Source: Oscillospiraceae bacterium (GTDB lineage Bacteria; Bacillota; Clostridia; Oscillospirales; Acutalibacteraceae). Taken from it: a stretch of 64,000 nt of DNA. The position numbers and the translations under genes were made by a program. A model generated the notes under the pieces. It was not told the origin of the DNA, searched no databases, and saw nothing but the letters and a program-made list of their open reading frames with translations. This document shows, piece after piece, positions 1 to 9,993 of the stretch. The first letter of the stretch is position 1, and each line of letters begins with the position of its first letter. The stretch lies in assembly GCA_031259495.1 (NCBI GenBank), contig JAIRLJ010000033.1, forward strand, positions 572 to 64,571, written 5' to 3'.

Positions 1-1082
1 GATGGCAGTCCTTTATGCTTGTAAGTGTTGTAAGCGCCTTCAAAATTTTTTAAAGAAACAGGAACACTTTCTTTGTTTTTATACGGATACCAAACGGTAG
101 GATCCGAACATAAAAAATCTAGCCCATCTTCTGAAAATTTAGATATGCCGCCATTGTCCATGGTTTTCAAGCGATTTTTAAAAACCGAAGATATAATATA
201 CATGTCTTCGTTATCAGAAGCTTCACTTTGTATAATAGAAGCAATAATGAGTACATCGCTTAAGTTTAATTCCTTTTCTTCAATGCTGTTTTTTATAATC
301 TTTTTATTTTTTTCTTTTGTTTTTTTATAAATTTTTGTTTCATAGTTATTTAAAAATTTAGGTACAACGTCTTTTGGTTTTGAATTTTTATAAAAATCAT
401 ACGTATCTGGAAATAAAAAACCCTCCAATCTATAAATTCTATGTTTATCATTTGGTAAATTATTTAAAAACTCAAAGTTCTTATTAAATTCTGTGCTTTT
501 GCAAGCTTCTAAAAAGCCCTTTTTCTCGCAAACTTTATTTTTCTCGAGTAGATCTGCACATTCTACAACACTTGATCCTTCAGGAAAAGAAACTCGCACC
601 ACATCATCTTGAGAACGATTTGAGTTTGTACTAAAAAAATTAACTATAGCTTCATAATCAAGATTCGTTTTAATATTAAAAGTTCCGGAAACTATTCTTT
701 CAAAAGAACGTGTAGCTATAACATAAACTCTAAAAAAATCTTTTTCTTTTATTATGCCCTTTTCAGCAAGTAATTTTGCTAGGTTTGAGAGATTAGAATC
801 TTTCGGAATTTCAAGAGTAATTTCTGAATTCTCCCTTCCAACAGCCAACATGTCGTTTATCCCGAAAACAAAAAATTGCGAAAATAAACAGCTTAAAGAA
901 AAAATCATACTAAGCCAAACAAATCTTAAAAACTTAGGAATACTTTTAAATTGATCAAAGAAAAAGTCCTTATTGCCATCGTTTAAAAAAAACCTACTCC
1001 TCGTGCTAGCTTTTTTTTTATATTCGCTGCTGAAACTACTTATATCTTTTGAATTGTTTTTTTGCTTATATTTTTTGCTCAT
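1..1082 (-). CDS. mltG: Endolytic murein transglycosylase MltG/YceG-like; C-terminus runs off the left window edge (absent from ORF track because there is no stop in the window)
   Basis: The minus-strand frame is open from ATG at 1082 to position 1. The translation shows an N-terminal TM helix followed by LEGFLFPDTY, ASIIQSEA, VFKNRL and YNTYKHKGLP motifs typical of YceG/MltG. The start overlaps the tmk stop by 17 nt. Confidence 0.8.
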   Translation of the reverse strand, partial: MSKKYKQKNNSKDISSFSSEYKKKASTRSRFFLNDGNKDFFFDQFKSIPKFLRFVWLSMIFSLSCLFSQFFVFGINDMLAVGRENSEITLEIPKDSNLSNLAKLLAEKGIIKEKDFFRVYVIATRSFERIVSGTFNIKTNLDYEAIVNFFSTNSNRSQDDVVRVSFPEGSSVVECADLLEKNKVCEKKGFLEACKSTEFNKNFEFLNNLPNDKHRIYRLEGFLFPDTYDFYKNSKPKDVVPKFLNNYETKIYKKTKEKNKKIIKNSIEEKELNLSDVLIIASIIQSEASDNEDMYIISSVFKNRLKTMDNGGISKFSEDGLDFLCSDPTVWYPYKNKESVPVSLKNFEGAYNTYKHKGLP

Positions 1083-1767
1083 AAGTTTCTTTTTTAGAAC
1101 AGATAACATTTAGAATTTTGTCAAAAATCTCCTGATTTATACTTTGTGTTGTTCTCAACTCTCCTTGATCATTGCAGCAGTTTACAAATTTCCAACCGAG
1201 AAGCTTTGCAGAAAAACTAGCTGCCTCTTTAGAAGATTTTAAAAATTTGATACTTTTTTCGTGTAAATCTTTTTTGTTTTCTCGTCCTTGATATCTTCTC
1301 AACATCAAATTTTGAGAAATATTTAATGGCACATCTAGGTAAAAAGTCAAATCAGGCTCCGGCAAACCAAGCTTTTTGTACTCATAATCGCACAACCAAT
1401 TAATATAGCTTTCCCACTGTTTTTTTTTAAACTTGCTTAACTGATAAACAGCATTTGAAGTTGTATAGCGATCACAGAGAATTATCTTGCCAGATGTATA
1501 ATAATACTTCCAGTTTTTGTTAAAACTCGCGAATCTATCAACAGCGTAGAACGAAGAAGCCGCATAAGGATTTACGTCTTCCGGTTTATCACCAAACTCA
1601 GCATTTAAATACATCTTTACAAAAAGAGACCACGGCTCTTTATAATTAGGAAAGCTAAGAGGTAAAACTTCATAGGACATGTCCACTAGTCTTTGACACA
1701 AAAGTTTAGTTTGCGTCGCCTTTCCTGATCCATCAAGACCCTCAATAACTATGAGTTTTCCTGTCAT
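1066..1767 (-). CDS. tmk: Thymidylate kinase
   Basis: N-terminal P-loop IVIEGLDGSGKATQ and overall dTMP kinase layout. A GGGAGGG SD lies upstream of the ATG. Confidence 0.9.
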   Translation of the reverse strand: MTGKLIVIEGLDGSGKATQTKLLCQRLVDMSYEVLPLSFPNYKEPWSLFVKMYLNAEFGDKPEDVNPYAASSFYAVDRFASFNKNWKYYYTSGKIILCDRYTTSNAVYQLSKFKKKQWESYINWLCDYEYKKLGLPEPDLTFYLDVPLNISQNLMLRRYQGRENKKDLHEKSIKFLKSSKEAASFSAKLLGWKFVNCCNDQGELRTTQSINQEIFDKILNVICSKKETYEQKI

Positions 1768-1933
1768 TGAACAAGGCCCTCCCGTTTTTTTTCTGGATTA
1801 TCCAGCAAACACCTCTTCCACCAATCCGCTTGTTTTTTGTACAAATTTAAAAAATCCGATTCATAAAACCAACACAAAAACACACAGCGCCCTCAAATAT
1901 CACTTAGCAAAAACAACAAAAGGTCTGTAAATC

Positions 1934-2134
1934 TCATATACACCTCGTAACTTTATTGGAACGCATACATCTAGTGCAAACAAAACGCCTCTTTACAGCA
2001 CCATCCTCTATAATTTTTAGCTTTCGAACATTAGGCTTTTGCGTCGTCAAAAACCTCTTCGTCACCTGCGTTCCTCTATAACTATACTTCCTAGCGCTGT
2101 TATTAACTTTTCCACAAATATCACATTTACCCAT
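1934..2134 (-). CDS. rpmB: 50S ribosomal protein L28
   Basis: 66 aa. MGKCDICGK...VCTRCMRS matches the L28 pattern. TGA stop. Confidence 0.85.
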   Translation of the reverse strand: MGKCDICGKVNNSARKYSYRGTQVTKRFLTTQKPNVRKLKIIEDGAVKRRFVCTRCMRSNKVTRCI

Positions 2135-2142
2135 AGCTTCTG

Positions 2143-3405
2143 TTATCCCTCTTCTTCTGAGTCTGAAACCTCTTTTTCCACATCTCCTTCACCTTCTGAT
2201 TGATCTTGCTTCTGTTCTTGCATTTGCTGAGTTCCATCCTGGCCATCACCTTGCTTTTGCTGGGCTTGCTCTTGATCCTTTTGCTCTTGTTGATTTTCTT
2301 CCGACTTATTTTTCTGCAATTCGTTTATCTTTTCTGCCATCTTTACATAACTTTCTTTGATAAAGTCTGGGCTAAACTTCTTCAAAACATCCTCGTTTGC
2401 CCGCAAATTAACAACACTCTCAATATAAGAATAAAAATCTTCCAAAAACAAACTTCTTAACAGCTTTTTCTTCCTTTCTGCGTCATCCAACTGTTCGTGC
2501 TTAAATTTTTCTGAATCAAATTCTTCCTTACGAATTATCATAGGCAAAACGACCCCGCTACTATTCAAAGAAACAACCCTTAGCTCACCAACACGCATAT
2601 CTTTTACAACTCCAAGAGGAGGCGAATCTTCCAATACAGAAATAGGAAGCTGAGCGCTTTGTTTAAAAAGACGACCTTTTTTATCTCCTGCTATCTCCGT
2701 TGCGATCTCATCAAAAGTTTTCTCATTGTTTTCAATTTTTACAACACATTCTTCTAGCTCTTTCTGAGCTTTGTCAATTTTTTCTGAATCAGGAGCAGCA
2801 GCGGGCACCCCATCTTCCGACGTTTGTTCTTTAGGCGTCAAATCCTTAGCAACATATGATAACTGTACACAACGTTCCATGAATTGCTCATTGCTAGGAG
2901 CTTTTGCTCCATCATTTCCATACAAAGCTTCGAAAACCCTTTGCAGCTTTAAAAAATCCGATTGAACATTCATTACCGCTTCCTTGTTCGTACCCAAAAT
3001 TGCATACGCGTCCCCGCATTCCTTCCACTGGTCTTCCACTTCTTGCTTCAAATCTTTTTCTTCTGTCTCATCTAACGAAAGCTTTAATTTACTGAACTGT
3101 TCCCTTGCATATATAGCCCTCCCACACTGTTTGTAAGTTTCATCTTTCATCCACTGTGAAACAGCTTTGTCGCCAATTTTCTTAGAGAAAACATCGCCAT
3201 CTGGCGCTTCGTTTTCAAATTTACTAAGCGCTTCTTCATATTTGATAAACAAATAAAACACATATTCTTCTGGTGAAACCGACACGCCTCCACTAAAAAA
3301 ACCACTTCTCTTTACGGCATAAGTCCCGGTGTTACAAGCATTAAAACAACACAAAACCAGCATAAAGCTCATCGCACACAAAAATATCTTTTTTAAATTA
3401 ATCAT
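2143..3405 (-). CDS. Putative secreted lipoprotein with Gln/Glu/Asp-rich C-terminal tail, function unknown
   Basis: Signal peptide plus a lipobox-like LVLCCFNAC. The last ~70 aa are almost entirely Q/E/D/K/G. No catalytic motif recognised. Confidence 0.6.
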   Translation of the reverse strand: MINLKKIFLCAMSFMLVLCCFNACNTGTYAVKRSGFFSGGVSVSPEEYVFYLFIKYEEALSKFENEAPDGDVFSKKIGDKAVSQWMKDETYKQCGRAIYAREQFSKLKLSLDETEEKDLKQEVEDQWKECGDAYAILGTNKEAVMNVQSDFLKLQRVFEALYGNDGAKAPSNEQFMERCVQLSYVAKDLTPKEQTSEDGVPAAAPDSEKIDKAQKELEECVVKIENNEKTFDEIATEIAGDKKGRLFKQSAQLPISVLEDSPPLGVVKDMRVGELRVVSLNSSGVVLPMIIRKEEFDSEKFKHEQLDDAERKKKLLRSLFLEDFYSYIESVVNLRANEDVLKKFSPDFIKESYVKMAEKINELQKNKSEENQQEQKDQEQAQQKQGDGQDGTQQMQEQKQDQSEGEGDVEKEVSDSEEEG

Positions 3406-3435
3406 TTTTTTCCTCGGCTATAAAACACTTCTCCA

Positions 3436-3465
3436 ATCATAGAAAACTAACAAGAAAAATGTCAA
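3436..3465 (-). promoter_or_regulatory. Sigma-A-like promoter for the lipoprotein gene (TTGACA-18 nt-TATGAT)
   Basis: On the minus strand, TTGACA (3465-3460) and TATGAT (3441-3436) are separated by an 18-nt spacer, ~30 nt upstream of the SD/ATG at 3405. Confidence 0.4.
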
Positions 3466-3790
3466 GCATTAACTCGAGCGCTTACCCCCAAACGCACGAA
3501 CTCTTCAAACGCTTCCCACCGCTTCACAATAAAAACCCCTGATGTAAATTTGGCTCTTTATTAAGCTGAAAGCAAAAACAATCTCCGGACATATGTCTTA
3601 AAGTCACTTAGTTTACATATATACATTCATGTCCACACGACTATATTCGTCTTGTATCAAAATAATCGCTGCAAATTTTCTTTTCGTGTTTTATAAAAAT
3701 CTTGAAGATTGCTATTTTAATATGTCAAACATATAATTGTTGGAAGCAATTAACATCGTTCGATATTTTTAAAGGATGTAGTTAATATAA

Positions 3791-5191
3791 GTGTCGAGTT
3801 TTGATTTTTTTAATACTTTTAAAAATAAGAAGATAGCTTTTTGTGGAGTTGGGGCGACAAATTTTCCGTTGGTAGATTTTTTTTCAGAATTCGCAGACAA
3901 AATAATAGTTTGCGACAGAAAAGAACGGACAGAATTCTCTACAAGTTTTGTGGAAAAATTAAAAAAAAAGAAAGTAGGCTTCTTTTTTGGGAAAAATTAT
4001 TTAAAAAATTTGGAAGGCGCAGACGTAGTTTTCAGAACTCCTGGGGTACCTTTTTTCTCTAGCGAGCTTATTTTGCTACGCAGAAAGGGTGTCGTAATTA
4101 CCTCGGAAGTGGAGGTTTTTTTTGAAGTTTGCCCTTGTAAAATAATAGGTATAACTGGCAGTGATGGCAAAACCACTACCGCAACATTAATCACTAAAAT
4201 GTTGGAAGCCGACGGCAAAACCGTGCATTTAGGTGGTAATATCGGAACGCCTTTGCTTCCCAAGATCAAAAACATAAAAAAGAGTGATATAGTCGTAGTA
4301 GAGCTTTCTAGTTTTCAACTTATATCCATGAGCAAAAGTCCGGATATTGCAGTCGTTACTAATATCGAGCCAAATCACTTAGATGTCCATAAAAACATGA
4401 GTGAGTATATTAAAGCAAAGGAAAACATCTTGCTTCACCAAAATGCTTTTTCCATAGCTGTTTTGAATTTTGATAACAAACTGAGTAAAAATTTTTCAAA
4501 CTTAGTCAGAGGAAAAAGAATTTTTTTCTCGCGAATAGAAAAAGATACAGATCTACATGTGCGCCAAAATAAGATTTTTATTGGAGAAAAACAACTGTTA
4601 AATATTAAAAAAATACAACTTCAAGGAAAGCATAACCTTGAAAATTTTTTAGCAGCAGCAGCTGTTGTCCATTCTCTTGACTGTTCTGTTTCTTGTTTAG
4701 AAAAAGTCGCAAAAGAATTTACAGGAATCGAGCATCGTACTGAATTCGTTGGAGAAGTTTCCGGCGTTAGATATTACAACGATTCTATAGCTACAAGCCC
4801 AACAAGAACAATAAAAGGCATGCTTTCGCTTTTTGATAACAAAATAATCTTAATAACTGGCGGGTACGATAAAAAAATATCTTATAACAAGCTTGGAGAA
4901 GTAATTAACAGCAAAGTAAAAGTTTTAATATTAATGGGTCAAACGGCTAAAAAAATTGAAAGTAGTGTAAAAAAAGCTAAAAATTTTGATAAAAAAATAA
5001 AAATTATACATGCAAAATCGATGACAGAAGCCGTTAGCGCCGCCAAATCTTTTTCCAAAAAAGGAGATATAGTTGCTCTCTCTCCTGCTTCTGCGAGTTT
5101 TGATTCTTATAAAAACTTTGAGGCCAGAGGAAAAGATTTTAAAAAAGAAATTATACTAAAAGAGGGGCGGGAAAAGGTTTGCAAGATCTAA
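3791..5191 (+). CDS. murD: UDP-N-acetylmuramoylalanine--D-glutamate ligase
   Basis: IGITGSDGKTTTATL Mur-ligase P-loop, NIEPNHLDVH, and MurD-like length. GTG start. Confidence 0.9.
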   Translation: MSSFDFFNTFKNKKIAFCGVGATNFPLVDFFSEFADKIIVCDRKERTEFSTSFVEKLKKKKVGFFFGKNYLKNLEGADVVFRTPGVPFFSSELILLRRKGVVITSEVEVFFEVCPCKIIGITGSDGKTTTATLITKMLEADGKTVHLGGNIGTPLLPKIKNIKKSDIVVVELSSFQLISMSKSPDIAVVTNIEPNHLDVHKNMSEYIKAKENILLHQNAFSIAVLNFDNKLSKNFSNLVRGKRIFFSRIEKDTDLHVRQNKIFIGEKQLLNIKKIQLQGKHNLENFLAAAAVVHSLDCSVSCLEKVAKEFTGIEHRTEFVGEVSGVRYYNDSIATSPTRTIKGMLSLFDNKIILITGGYDKKISYNKLGEVINSKVKVLILMGQTAKKIESSVKKAKNFDKKIKIIHAKSMTEAVSAAKSFSKKGDIVALSPASASFDSYKNFEARGKDFKKEIILKEGREKVCKI

Positions 5192-6183
5192 TTTTTAAGC
5201 TTTGTAAGGCAGGCGGTGTATCCGGAAATGAAGAAAATATTGCTAAAACGATATCCGGTGAGCTCTCAGACGTGGCTGAGGTTTTCGTTGATAAACACTT
5301 CAACAATGTAACAGCAAAAATAGGCAAAAAAAATTCGCCAAGAAAAATTTTAATGGATGCGCACTTAGACAATATAGGAATGTTGGTTACAACTATCGAA
5401 AACGGGTTTTTGCGGGTTTCGATGCTTTCTAAGCTTGATAGAAGAATACTACCAGGAAGCAAGTTAAAAATCTTTGGAAATAAAATTATAGAAGGGATAG
5501 TATCTTCTGTGCCACCTCACCTATCAAAAAAAGGGCAAGAGTTAAGAGAATTAGAAGAAATTGTTGTGGATGTAGCTATGAAAAAGGAAGGTGTTGAAAA
5601 AATAATTCCTCTTGGTTCTTATGTGGGTTTTTCCGGAGAACCTCAAGCTTTGGTAAGCGGTAAAATAGCATCGCCTTCGTTGGATAACAAAATAGGCGTG
5701 GCGGTGCTGATAGAAACTGCCAAAATTTTAAGTAAAAAAAAATTAAATTTAGAGTTAAATTTTTTGTTTAGTAGTAGAGAAGAGTCTGGTGGTTATGTGG
5801 GCGCAACCATAGGCTCTTGGAGCATAAAACCCACAGAAGCTATAGTAGTAGACGTGACGTTCGCAAATCAACCAGGAGTTTTAGCAGGCGAATCTTCGTT
5901 AATTTCAAAAGGACCCAGCATAGGTTTCGCTCCAAATTTGTCTAAAAAGATTTTTAAAAATTTAAAATTTGTAGCTAAAAAGAACAAAATACCACACCAA
6001 ATAGAAGTGATGAGTAACGCAACTCATACTAACGCTGATACTATATGCACCAACCAAAAAGGTGTTCCAACTGGCTTGATTTCTATTCCTATTCGAAATA
6101 TGCATTCGATTTTTGAGGTAGCAGATCTTGAAGATATAAAAAATACTGTAAAACTTCTTACAAAATATATTTCCGAAGTTTAG
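5179..6183 (+). CDS. M42 family peptidase (FrvX/CelM-like), paralogue 1
   Basis: DAHLDNIG, SREESGG, VVDVTFA and RNMHS blocks are collinear with M42 aminopeptidases. TTG start overlaps the murD end. Confidence 0.8.
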   Translation: MQDLIFKLCKAGGVSGNEENIAKTISGELSDVAEVFVDKHFNNVTAKIGKKNSPRKILMDAHLDNIGMLVTTIENGFLRVSMLSKLDRRILPGSKLKIFGNKIIEGIVSSVPPHLSKKGQELRELEEIVVDVAMKKEGVEKIIPLGSYVGFSGEPQALVSGKIASPSLDNKIGVAVLIETAKILSKKKLNLELNFLFSSREESGGYVGATIGSWSIKPTEAIVVDVTFANQPGVLAGESSLISKGPSIGFAPNLSKKIFKNLKFVAKKNKIPHQIEVMSNATHTNADTICTNQKGVPTGLISIPIRNMHSIFEVADLEDIKNTVKLLTKYISEV

Positions 6184-6194
6184 GGGGTTTTGTT

Positions 6195-7229
6195 TTGAAT
6201 TATGAATTACTAGAAAAATTATGTCTTACGAGCGGCCCTTCTGGCTCTGAGGACGATGTAAGAGATGTTATACTGGGCGAAATAAACTCTCACGTAAAAA
6301 GTTTAAAAACAGATAAGATGGGAAATGTCCTGGCTTTCAAAACAGGAAAATCTAGATCAAACAAAAAACTTCTTCTCTGCGCGCACATGGATGAAGTTGG
6401 GTTTGTTGTAACTTATATTAACGAAGAAGGTTTTTTAAGTTTTAAAAACGTGGGGGCAATATCGTCATGTGCTACATATGGAAAAAAAATACTCATAGGA
6501 GATAAGAAAACTCCAGGAATAGTCTGTGCGAATCCTATTCATCTTTTGGATTTGTGTGACAAAAAAAACGAAAAACTTGCACCAAAGAACATGTATATAG
6601 ATATAGGCGCCTCAACAAGAAAAGAGGCTCAAAAATTTGTAAGCCTCGGTGACATGGCGGTTTTTGCTTCAGATTTTACGAGAAATAGAGGGTTTGTTAC
6701 TACAAAAGCTTTAGATGATAGGTTTGGTTGTGCTGCTTTGATCGAGCTTATAAAAAAAGAACTTGCCTTTGATACATATTTCTTGTTTACGGTTCAGGAA
6801 GAAGTTGGAATGCATGGTTCAAAATGTGCTGCTTATCAAATTAAGCCAGACGTTGCTATAGTGGTAGAAAGCACCACGGCATCAGATATTTTGAATGTGG
6901 ATTTTCAATACCAGGTGTGCACACTTGGCGAGGGACCGGTTTTAAGTTTTCTTGATAAAAAAACTATTTATGACAAAAAATACGTAAATTTTGCCTTAAA
7001 AATTGCAAAAGAAAACAAAACAAAATTGCAAATTAAAAGATCAATATCTGGGGGGAACGACGCTGGAGAAATTCACAGATGTGGAAGCGGTGTAAAAACG
7101 CTTGCGATTTCGCTTCCGGTAAGATACTTGCACACAGCTTATTCGGTTGCATGTGAAAAAGACATGAGTGATACGCTAAGTATTCTAAAACTCCTTATAA
7201 AAAAAATACCGGAGTATGATGTTTTTTAA
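6195..7229 (+). CDS. M42 family peptidase (glutamyl aminopeptidase-like), paralogue 2
   Basis: CAHMDEVGF, ALDDRFGC, VQEEVGMHGS and RYLHTA motifs. TTG start. Confidence 0.85.
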   Translation: MNYELLEKLCLTSGPSGSEDDVRDVILGEINSHVKSLKTDKMGNVLAFKTGKSRSNKKLLLCAHMDEVGFVVTYINEEGFLSFKNVGAISSCATYGKKILIGDKKTPGIVCANPIHLLDLCDKKNEKLAPKNMYIDIGASTRKEAQKFVSLGDMAVFASDFTRNRGFVTTKALDDRFGCAALIELIKKELAFDTYFLFTVQEEVGMHGSKCAAYQIKPDVAIVVESTTASDILNVDFQYQVCTLGEGPVLSFLDKKTIYDKKYVNFALKIAKENKTKLQIKRSISGGNDAGEIHRCGSGVKTLAISLPVRYLHTAYSVACEKDMSDTLSILKLLIKKIPEYDVF

Positions 7230-8520
7230 TTTTGATTGTAAACTTACAAATCTCGCTAAAAAAGCAGAGCTAAACTCTAGGGCTCAATTTAAAAAAATAG
7301 AAGAGACATTTAAGTTTAACAGCCAAAAAGTTTTAAAAGCTTTTTTAGACAACAGGGTTTCAGAAAAGCATTTTTCAGGCACCGATGGCTACGGTTATGG
7401 CGACGAGGGTAGAAAAACGTTAGATGCTGTCTTTGCGCAAATTTTTGATGCACAAGATGCCTTGGTTCGTCACAATTTTATAAACGGAACCCACGCTTTA
7501 ACTGTAACTTTTTTTGGTGTTTTGAGAAAAAACGATATTCTTTTATCCGTAACAGGAAAACCTTATGAAACCTTACAAAATGTTATTGATTCTAAAAAAA
7601 AATCCCATGGTTCTTTAAAAGATTTTGGAATCAAATATTTTCAAATCAATCTTAATAAAAATTCAAAATTAAATTTTCCAAAAATAAAAGATTTTTTAAT
7701 TAAAAACAAAGGTTTAAAAGCAATATTTTTACAGCGTTCTAGCGGTTATTCTTTTAGAAAGCCGTTATCTAATAAAGACATAAAAAAACTTTCTGTGTTA
7801 GTAAAAAGCATTTCTGAAAAGATTGTAATAATCTGCGACAATTGTTATTGTGAACTCGTTGAGCCAGATTCACCAATAACAGCAGGAGCTGATTTAATCG
7901 TAGGGTCGCTCATAAAAAATCCGGGAGGAGGTATTGCACCGACAGGTGGTTACATTGCTGGTAAGAGGGTTCTTGTGGAAAAATGCGCTTACAGATTAAC
8001 GGCTCCGGGCATGGGAAAAGAAATTGGAGCAACGCTTGGGGTTAATAAAAGCCTTTTTTTTGGCTTGTTTAACACGCCATCGGCCGTGAAACAAAGTTTG
8101 AAAACCGCAATTTTCGCCGCAAACATGTTTAAGACTCTGGGGCTTGAAACAACACCAAAGCCGAACGAGTCTCGTGTTGATATTATACAGTCTGTTAAGC
8201 TTAAAAATAAAAAATCTTTGCTTAATTTTTGTAGGGGTTTGCAAAAATGTTCACCGATTGATTCGTTTTTAACGCCCGAGCCTTGGGATATGATAGGCTA
8301 TAACTGCAAAATTATAATGGCGGCCGGAACTTTTACACAAGGAGCCTCTATAGAGCTCTCAGCTGATGCTCCAATAAGAAAACCGTTTGGCGTTTGGTTG
8401 CAGGGCTCGTTAAACTACGAAGTGTCAAAAATGGGGATCTTGTCCGGTATTCAGGAAGTGCTATTAGAAAATAACAGAACAAAAATAAAAGATAATAAAC
8501 AAAAAGAAGCTAAAAAATAA
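7216..8520 (+). CDS. ynbB: YnbB / aluminium-resistance family protein (Met gamma-lyase-like PLP fold)
   Basis: N-terminal ...SEKHFSGTDGYGYGDEGRKTLD...INGTHAL is characteristic of the YnbB family. Confidence 0.75.
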   Translation: MMFFNFDCKLTNLAKKAELNSRAQFKKIEETFKFNSQKVLKAFLDNRVSEKHFSGTDGYGYGDEGRKTLDAVFAQIFDAQDALVRHNFINGTHALTVTFFGVLRKNDILLSVTGKPYETLQNVIDSKKKSHGSLKDFGIKYFQINLNKNSKLNFPKIKDFLIKNKGLKAIFLQRSSGYSFRKPLSNKDIKKLSVLVKSISEKIVIICDNCYCELVEPDSPITAGADLIVGSLIKNPGGGIAPTGGYIAGKRVLVEKCAYRLTAPGMGKEIGATLGVNKSLFFGLFNTPSAVKQSLKTAIFAANMFKTLGLETTPKPNESRVDIIQSVKLKNKKSLLNFCRGLQKCSPIDSFLTPEPWDMIGYNCKIIMAAGTFTQGASIELSADAPIRKPFGVWLQGSLNYEVSKMGILSGIQEVLLENNRTKIKDNKQKEAKK

Positions 8521-8526
8521 GAAAAA

Positions 8527-9810
8527 TTGAATTACAAAAACTTAACTCCAAATGAAATATCAATAAAAGCCCAAAAATTAGGTGAAATAAGAAAAGTTTC
8601 TAGTAAAATGGGGGTTGCTTTGGCCATGCAACATGCAGTTAGCATGATTTTGGCTATTTCTTTAAAACTTTCTTTTGAATGTTTTGTCTGTTTTTTGCTT
8701 TGTTTTTTTGTTTTTTTGTTTTTTTACAGACTGCCTAGAAATTATCAAAGCGTGGCTTTAATTTTTTTATCAAGCGTGGTTTTTTTCTGTATTTTTTGCA
8801 TGTTTTTTAAAAAAAATAGACCAAACCACATTCTTGTCTCGACTACCTTAACAGGAATCATAGCTTTTTCAACCATGTTAGTCGCTGTAAAATTTAAAAA
8901 ATTAATTTTATTTTTGCTGTCTGCTTTTTTGGTGTCCGTTGTTCTGTACAATGTTTTATTCGTTGATTTTGATATTTTTACTAAACAAGCTTTAAGAAAT
9001 GCAGCAAACAATAAAATCTTGCTTTATGTTGGGTTGGCCATCTCTAACATGTTGAGTATGGTTGTGTTGTCTTCGTACCTGATTTCCAAACAAACAATTA
9101 AGATGGGGCAAATTTTTTGTTTTAAAAGGCTTTCAAGCAAGGCGTTATTCTATTTCACCAGCATGGGGCTTTTTGTCAGTTTTTTTGCCAATATGGCCTC
9201 CTCTGTTCTTGTAAACAACTTAAGAGCTTTTGGTTTTTTCAAAAAAGATACTCCCGACATACCTATAGAAAAAAACCCCGCAGAAATTTTGGTTTTTGCC
9301 ATAAGCGTTTCTCTGGTTCCGGCAATATTTGAGGAAATCGCTTTTAGAGGAGTGGTTTTGGGGTCTCTTAGAAGATACGGAGATTATTTTGCCGTGCTTG
9401 TTTCTTCGCTTTTGTTTGCCATGGTTCACAAAGATAAATATCAAGTGCCGTTCGCTTTTGTTTTAGGACTTGTGCTGGGCTCTTTTTTAGTAGAAACAAA
9501 TTCTATATTCCCTAGTATGTTAATTCATTTTTTTAATAATTTTTTTTCGTGCGTTTTAAGCCTATTAAAAGCTTATTCAAAAAAATCATACGAAGTTTTT
9601 GGGGATATTTATATACTAATAGTTTTAATTTTGGGAATTATTTCTTTTTTTAAAATACTAAAATTAAATCCTAATTTTTTATTAAAAGATAAAAACTCAC
9701 CATCTTTTATAACAACAAAAGAGCGCATACAAGTTTTTTTCTTTGGAGGAAGTGCGTTTTTACTTTTGATAATATTTATTTTTTTGCAATTGCTGTTTTT
9801 TTTATTTTAA
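8527..9810 (+). CDS. CPBP family intramembrane glutamic endopeptidase (CAAX protease-like), polytopic membrane protein
   Basis: Multiple TM helices. EEIAFRGVV, FAMVHK and HFFNNF motifs. TTG start. Confidence 0.75.
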   Translation: MNYKNLTPNEISIKAQKLGEIRKVSSKMGVALAMQHAVSMILAISLKLSFECFVCFLLCFFVFLFFYRLPRNYQSVALIFLSSVVFFCIFCMFFKKNRPNHILVSTTLTGIIAFSTMLVAVKFKKLILFLLSAFLVSVVLYNVLFVDFDIFTKQALRNAANNKILLYVGLAISNMLSMVVLSSYLISKQTIKMGQIFCFKRLSSKALFYFTSMGLFVSFFANMASSVLVNNLRAFGFFKKDTPDIPIEKNPAEILVFAISVSLVPAIFEEIAFRGVVLGSLRRYGDYFAVLVSSLLFAMVHKDKYQVPFAFVLGLVLGSFLVETNSIFPSMLIHFFNNFFSCVLSLLKAYSKKSYEVFGDIYILIVLILGIISFFKILKLNPNFLLKDKNSPSFITTKERIQVFFFGGSAFLLLIIFIFLQLLFFLF

Positions 9811-9993
9811 AAAGAGTCTTGTGCTAACTATTTAAAAACACGCTTTTAAAAAGACTAATTGAAATAAATTGCAAATTAAATCTTCAACAAAAACTTTTAT
9901 AAGCATGTTGTGGGAATAATTAACCTCGTTTGAAAAAAGTAAAAATCCATGCTAGCATTAACCGCGTTTGGTTTTTATTTTTTAGGGGGAACT

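Noticed and set aside
73-954. Plus-strand track ORFs 73-330 and 754-954.
   Set aside because: Both lie antisense within the mltG frame recovered on the minus strand, and neither has a recognisable motif or SD.
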